Source of the DNA: a virus
Lineage: Duplodnaviria; Caudoviricetes
Length of the DNA stretch: 64,000 nucleotides
Strand: one strand, 5' to 3'
Virus record (IMG/VR): IMGVR_UViG_2974764813_000001
Coordinates: 32,001 to 96,000 of that record
In this document: positions 59,187 through 64,000 of the stretch, one piece after another
Layout: every line of letters begins with the position of its first letter
Position numbering within the stretch: position 1 is the stretch's first letter
Program-made: the position numbers and the translations under genes
The notes under the pieces: model-generated
What the model was told of the DNA's origin: nothing
What the model saw: the letters and a program-made list of their open reading frames with translations, nothing else
Database searches by the model: none

Positions 59187-59551
59187 AGCACTGGGAGGAG
59201 CACGAGGGCTTCGTCAACGAGTACCTCGGCATCAGCGGAACCCCGGCGTCGGGCTCGCAGTGGCACGCCGAGGGCGACGGGGTCGACAACCGCCACCCCG
59301 ACGAGGCGGTGTTCCCGCTCATCGTCGACTGCAAGCTCACCGAGAAGAAGAGCTTCAGCCTCAAGGCCCAGGTGCTGGAGCAGTGGCACCAGAAGGCCAT
59401 GCTGCTCGGCAAACGCTTCGCTATGCCGATCCGGTTCTGGAAGCCCGGCTCGCGCGTTTACGCCGACTACATCCTGGTCGGCCTGCCGGACTTCAAGGAG
59501 GTCCTCGACGCCGCCCGCCAGCACTGGGCCCACGAGAGAGGCCAGTCGTGA
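59183..59551 (+). CDS. Holliday-junction resolvase-like PD-(D/E)xK nuclease
   Basis: PASGS...GDG...VDCKLT. Confidence 0.65.
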   Translation: MKHWEEHEGFVNEYLGISGTPASGSQWHAEGDGVDNRHPDEAVFPLIVDCKLTEKKSFSLKAQVLEQWHQKAMLLGKRFAMPIRFWKPGSRVYADYILVGLPDFKEVLDAARQHWAHERGQS

Positions 59552-59892
59552 GCGGACCGAGCCTGCAGCCGCCGGACCTCGACACGGTGGACCAGGCCGT
59601 CGAGGGGATGAAGGCGGTGACCCGCAAGTTCCTGGGCTACCACGCCCGGCTGCACCCCGAGAGCATCGTGGACGCCAAGCGGGTGGCGCCCCACATCGAG
59701 GACATGTGGGACGTCACCCTCACCGACGGGCGCACCGTGCGCGTGCAGGCACCCAACAGCCTGCCGTTCCGCATCAGCACCGTCGCCTGGCCCGAGGTGC
59801 GCGACGGCGTGGTCCTCGACCCCGACCAGCGCTGCGCGGCCTGCCGCGGCACCGGCGTCAACATCCACCCCACCACCGGAGACACCGACTGA
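59548..59892 (+). CDS. Hypothetical protein
   Basis: GTGA coupling; CAACRGTG. Confidence 0.55.
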   Translation: MSGPSLQPPDLDTVDQAVEGMKAVTRKFLGYHARLHPESIVDAKRVAPHIEDMWDVTLTDGRTVRVQAPNSLPFRISTVAWPEVRDGVVLDPDQRCAACRGTGVNIHPTTGDTD

Positions 59893-60680
59893 TGGCTTAC
59901 GACAGCATCCTCAAGAGCCTCGCCAACCGCGAGGTGATCCTGCCGATCCTGGAAAATCAGATGCGCGCCGACGCCTGGCCGGAGAAGTTCACCGTCGAGG
60001 TGGACTCCTCGCCGTACTACGGCCTCAACCCCGACGGCACGCCGGACGGCTACTTCCACCCCAGCACCCACCCGCTGCGCACCGCACGCCAGCTGTACTA
60101 CGAGTTCCACCCCGACCACCGCCACCTCATCGAGCACGAGCCCTACAGCATGCAGCGGCTGATGACGGTGTCGGTGGGCTCGTCGCTGCACGCCATCCTG
60201 CAGACCCAGTTCCAGATGACCGGCCTGATCACCGACCCCGCTGACATCGAGGCTGAGTACATCAACAAGGAGCACCACGTGCGCGGGCGCACCGACGCGG
60301 TGGTGCATCACCCCACGCTGGGCCCGGTCATCGTCGAGATCAAGTCGCGCACCGGCTTCAAGTTTGACAAGACCACCATCGCCGACATGCCCAGCTGGGA
60401 GATCCAGACCTCGCTGGCGTGCGACAACCTCAGCGAGCGCTACGACACCGATTTCACCTACGCGATCCTGCTGATGGTGGAGACGGGCTGGCCGTTCCGC
60501 ATGAAGGAACTGCGCGTCGAGCGCAACGACGCGCTGCTGCGCGAGGTCTACGACAAGTTCGACCTGGTGCGCGCGGCGATTGCCGCCAACACCCCACCCC
60601 CGTATTGCTGTGCCCTCAATTCCAAAGAGATGAAGTCGTGCCACGCCCGGCACGCCTGTTGGCTCAGGGAGGCCGCGTGA
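59892..60680 (+). CDS. Cas4/RecB-like PD-(D/E)xK exonuclease
   Basis: GSSLH, GRTD, EIKS, C-terminal CC..C..C cluster. Confidence 0.75.
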   Translation: MAYDSILKSLANREVILPILENQMRADAWPEKFTVEVDSSPYYGLNPDGTPDGYFHPSTHPLRTARQLYYEFHPDHRHLIEHEPYSMQRLMTVSVGSSLHAILQTQFQMTGLITDPADIEAEYINKEHHVRGRTDAVVHHPTLGPVIVEIKSRTGFKFDKTTIADMPSWEIQTSLACDNLSERYDTDFTYAILLMVETGWPFRMKELRVERNDALLREVYDKFDLVRAAIAANTPPPYCCALNSKEMKSCHARHACWLREAA

Positions 60681-60982
60681 AGACAGGATTCGGTGGCCCG
60701 GCCACCTTCACCGCCCGCTACGGCGGGCCCTGCGCGGCCGACTGCGGCCAGGACATCGAGGTCGGGGACGACGCCTGCTACAACGAGGACGACCTGGTCG
60801 TGCACGCCGAGTGCTACGGCCGGGTGACCGTCGACGACGGCTACCGGCGCGGCAGCGGCTACGCGCCGGAGGACCTGGAGACCTCGCGGCTGGGCTACAT
60901 CCCCGAGGACCACTCCACCCCGCCCAAGGAGCCCGAACTGTGCATGTCGTGCTTCCTGCAGCACGCCGGTGAGTGCATGTGA
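60677..60982 (+). CDS. Cys-rich hypothetical protein
   Basis: ARYGGPCAADC...HAEC...CMSC. Confidence 0.6.
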   Translation: MKTGFGGPATFTARYGGPCAADCGQDIEVGDDACYNEDDLVVHAECYGRVTVDDGYRRGSGYAPEDLETSRLGYIPEDHSTPPKEPELCMSCFLQHAGECM

Positions 60983-61443
60983 AACCATGTAAGGACTGTG
61001 TGGCCGAGGGGCGCATCGAAGGTGTGCCCCAGCACAAGTGGCGCGTTGCATCATGGCCCGGCCCGCGGTGCTGGACCCACCACCGGGCCAAGGAGAAGGC
61101 CGACAAGCTGCGCACCCACGCCAAACACGTCGAGCGCACCTTCAGCATCTCCGGCGACGACTACTGGTTTCTCTACGAGGCCCAGGGCGGGCTGTGCTTC
61201 GTGTGCCGTAAGGCCAAGGGCATCGCCCGGCGCCTGGCCGTCGATCATGAGCACGGCCTGTGCGACGACCACCCGCCGGACAAAGGCTGCCCACGGTGCA
61301 TCCGCGCGCTGCTGTGCTCGCGGTGCAACGATCTGATCGGGTGGCTGTCGCCGGAGGCGCTGTTCCGCGCCGTCGCGGTGCTGACCCGACCCCCCGCCCG
61401 GAAACTTCTCGCCGAGAGGCAGGCCAAGAGTGAGTATTTGTGA
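60979..61443 (+). CDS. Endonuclease VII family nuclease
   Basis: QGGLCFVC...LAVDHEH...RALLCSRCN. Confidence 0.85.
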   Translation: MKPCKDCVAEGRIEGVPQHKWRVASWPGPRCWTHHRAKEKADKLRTHAKHVERTFSISGDDYWFLYEAQGGLCFVCRKAKGIARRLAVDHEHGLCDDHPPDKGCPRCIRALLCSRCNDLIGWLSPEALFRAVAVLTRPPARKLLAERQAKSEYL

Positions 61444-61648
61444 GCAGTGTCAGGGAGCCCAGCAGCGTCAGCACGAGCCGCTGCGCTACCTCGCGGTCGT
61501 CCGGCGGTGGCTGTGCGCGGTATGTCGCGAGGCCATCGCGAAGTGATGTCTTTGCTCTTCTGCGTGTGAACCCACGCAGAACTACTCCGGTGTTATTCTG
61601 GTAGTCGTACAGCATTGGTGTGGTTTTGAGAAAGGTTCCCCCAAGAGC

Positions 61649-62329
61649 GTGTCAAGTCTGGGTGATCTAGCCGAGAAGACGGCCGTCGGGCTCGAGGTCG
61701 CGATGTCGTCGGCTCTCGACGAGGTCCTCGACTCCAATCCGCTCGAAGAACAGAGCATCTTCTCCCGGATGCGGTTCTCGTTTCGCTCGGAGGACAAGTC
61801 GATCCTCGAGCGCATCGAGGCCGGGTCCGACGCAGTGTTCCTGGAGCTGTTCGCCGACATGATCGGAGTCGTCGACAACTTCTACGCCAGCCTGCGGGTG
61901 CCGAAGGTCAACGACCTCGGGATGACGATGCTCGACGCGCACCAGCGCCCGGTCTGGGAGACCGACCCCGGCAGCGGCGAGCCCATCCTCAAGCTCAGTC
62001 AGCTCACCGGCCAGGACGTTGACCAGGCACTGCTGGAGCTGGAGAGGGTGCTGCTGGAGGTCACCCCGCGGGTGGAGAAGTTGCACCTGGAGGCCATCAT
62101 GGCCCACAACATCGCCAAGGACACCTACGACGACGCCTGGTTCGGCGTGGTCGAGGGCACCCAGGGCGACCGCACCGCCCGCGCCAACCGCGAAGCCCGT
62201 CAGGACCGCTGGCTGGCGTTCTTCCGCTTCTACATCTACCGCCACGCCAAGGTGTTCCTCGACGAGCTCAACGCCTTCGCCCGGCGTCTGGACAACGTCA
62301 GCTACCGCACCTCACGAGCGCAGTCGTAG
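61649..62329 (+). CDS. Hypothetical helical protein
   Basis: Long ORF with coding bias; start uncertain. Confidence 0.65.
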   Translation: MSSLGDLAEKTAVGLEVAMSSALDEVLDSNPLEEQSIFSRMRFSFRSEDKSILERIEAGSDAVFLELFADMIGVVDNFYASLRVPKVNDLGMTMLDAHQRPVWETDPGSGEPILKLSQLTGQDVDQALLELERVLLEVTPRVEKLHLEAIMAHNIAKDTYDDAWFGVVEGTQGDRTARANREARQDRWLAFFRFYIYRHAKVFLDELNAFARRLDNVSYRTSRAQS

Positions 62330-62332
62330 GCC

Positions 62333-62962
62333 ATGCCCCGTCAGCTCCCCGATGATCCCGTCAAGCGGCGCCTCGCCGTCTTCCGGTCGCTCTACCAGCA
62401 CATGAACCACTGGCGGGAGCAGATCGAGTGCGGGCTGATGGAGGACATCATCATCGACCCCGCCAGCGGCGAGGAGATCTACTTCGGCGACCTGCTCGTC
62501 GGCATCGACGACTTGCCCCCACGCCAGCGCGAGGCCTTCGCCCTGATCTGCCTGGAGGGCTACACCGAGACCGCGGCGGCCAAGGTCATGCTGCCCAACT
62601 CGAAATACTCGACCACCGTGCAGCAGCACCTCAACGCTGCCTTGGAGCGCATGGTCATCCGCTACGACGAACAGCAAACCGGTGTTCGTCAGCTCATCAG
62701 GAAATGGAGGGTTGTCATGTCGACGCTGCACCCAGTGGTCGAGTCACATCTCAAGGACGCACTCAAGACGGCCCGCGCTGACATCGACGAGCAGCTGCAC
62801 GAGCTCAGCCTCAAGCAGGCCGACCTCAAGGCCGCCCGCTCCCAGGTCGAGCAGCTGCTCAAAAACGAGGTCCCGTTCGCGGTCAAGAAGCCCAAGACCG
62901 AGGACACCGACGCCGCCGAGGCCCCTGCGGAGGAGGCGGCGCCCGAGAAGGTCGCGGTCTAG
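62333..62962 (+). CDS. Sigma-70 region-4-like protein with coiled-coil tail
   Basis: IDDLPPRQREAFALICLEGYTETAAAKVM...TVQQHLNAALERM. Confidence 0.7.
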   Translation: MPRQLPDDPVKRRLAVFRSLYQHMNHWREQIECGLMEDIIIDPASGEEIYFGDLLVGIDDLPPRQREAFALICLEGYTETAAAKVMLPNSKYSTTVQQHLNAALERMVIRYDEQQTGVRQLIRKWRVVMSTLHPVVESHLKDALKTARADIDEQLHELSLKQADLKAARSQVEQLLKNEVPFAVKKPKTEDTDAAEAPAEEAAPEKVAV

Positions 62963-62972
62963 CGCTGCGGCC

Positions 62973-63254
62973 ATGGCGGGCAAGACGAAGGACTCCTCGA
63001 CGATGACTCTCAAGAGCGGGGTCGACTGGTCGCTGGAGGAGCAGGCCGACGCGATTCTGTCCAAGGACCGCGGTGATGCACGCTCGTCGGACTACCTGTC
63101 CCAGGACCAACTGGACCTGCGTGCGCGCCGTGAAATCTCCAACCAGCTCGGGGTGGCCGACGCCGCCCTGATGCGCGGGATGTACCGGCGGGCGCACAAC
63201 CCGCTCGCCGGGACGCGCCCGACCAAGCTGGGCCGAAGCCACGACGACGGGTGA
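62973..63254 (+). CDS. Hypothetical protein
   Basis: GTGA overlap with the next gene. Confidence 0.55.
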   Translation: MAGKTKDSSTMTLKSGVDWSLEEQADAILSKDRGDARSSDYLSQDQLDLRARREISNQLGVADAALMRGMYRRAHNPLAGTRPTKLGRSHDDG

Positions 63255-63976
63255 AAGCGGTGACGGTAATTTCTGACGACGACATCACCCCGGAGATTGA
63301 GGCGGCCGTCGCCAAGGAGATCGAGCAGCTCAAGGCCGAGGGCAAGCTGGCCCGTATCGAGCCGCGCTGCAAGATCTGCCGCGAGAAGCCGCTGCGTGAG
63401 GTGGTCAACAAGCTGCTGAGCATGGGCCTAACCCGCCCGGCCATCGTCGACCTGGTCGCCACGATCAACGAGGGCCGCGAGGGCAAAGACCAGATCAGCT
63501 ACGACAACGTCTACCACCACCAGAAGCGGCACTTCGACGTCTCCCAGCCCGCCCAGGCGGTCTACGAGGCCATCGTGCGCAAGCGCGCCGCCGAGGGGGA
63601 GGCCGACTTCGAGGCCGGGGTGGGCGCGGCGGTCAACGTGCTGTCCTACCTGGAAACCATGATGGTCAAGGGTTGGAACCACCTGATCGACGACACCACG
63701 GTGGTGCCCTACAACGACGGCGCCAAGGCTGCGATGAAGCTGCACGAGCTCACCCGCAAAGAGGCAGGCGCCCAGCAGATCGCCGAGATCATGGCCCGCC
63801 AGAACCGCATCATCGCGGCCATGCAGGAGTTCGTGCCCTCCGACAAGGTGCAGGCGATGCTGGCCCGCATCGAGAGCGGCGAGGCCCCGGCCATCGAAGG
63901 CGAGGTCGTGGACTCGGCCGAAGGATTTGATCCCGACCTGATCGGGGACGACGACGATGACGACGACGGGGACTAA
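63251..63976 (+). CDS. Hypothetical protein with CKIC...H..H zinc/HTH-like domain
   Basis: CKICR...ISYDNVYHHQKRH; acidic tail. Confidence 0.65.
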   Translation: MKAVTVISDDDITPEIEAAVAKEIEQLKAEGKLARIEPRCKICREKPLREVVNKLLSMGLTRPAIVDLVATINEGREGKDQISYDNVYHHQKRHFDVSQPAQAVYEAIVRKRAAEGEADFEAGVGAAVNVLSYLETMMVKGWNHLIDDTTVVPYNDGAKAAMKLHELTRKEAGAQQIAEIMARQNRIIAAMQEFVPSDKVQAMLARIESGEAPAIEGEVVDSAEGFDPDLIGDDDDDDDGD

Positions 63977-64000
63977 TGGGCACCGTACGCACGCAGACCT

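Noticed and set aside
59892-60680. Cas4-like gene as part of a CRISPR system
   Set aside because: No repeat-spacer array or other cas genes; solo Cas4-like exonucleases are common in phage recombination modules
1-64000. tRNA genes, integrase, IS elements
   Set aside because: None recognised by eye in the intergenic gaps; a tRNAscan-SE/Aragorn run would be decisive

Overview
GC-rich window from a large contractile-tailed (myovirus-type) actinobacteriophage. Gene order resembles what I recall of Bxz1/cluster C-, cluster AA- and Rhodococcus E3-like phages; this is not a database match. About 1-38 kb is the virion module: LysM protein, prohead protease/scaffold, decoration protein, major capsid, neck/fibre proteins, tail sheath, tube, frameshifting chaperone, tape measure and baseplate. 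38-46 kb holds small early genes, a reverse-strand SF2 helicase and two structured non-coding regions. 46-64 kb is the replication/recombination module: DnaC-like loader, DnaB, primase, SSB, DnaE, RecA, resolvase, Cas4-like exonuclease, EndoVII and a sigma-like protein. Best candidate novel system: toxin-like domains (three ADP-ribosyltransferase folds and a zeta-type kinase) sit among the head genes, each behind a short related leader ending in an R-x-(A/S/G) motif that also recurs through the protease/scaffold. This suggests a capsid-targeted, protease-processed, swappable effector cassette system, with a separately promoted candidate immunity gene. Also seen: nested scaffold start sites, a pseudoknotted small RNA, a repeated TAGAAC operator, and an apparently dead aminotransferase. 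All product calls come from motif recognition by eye.
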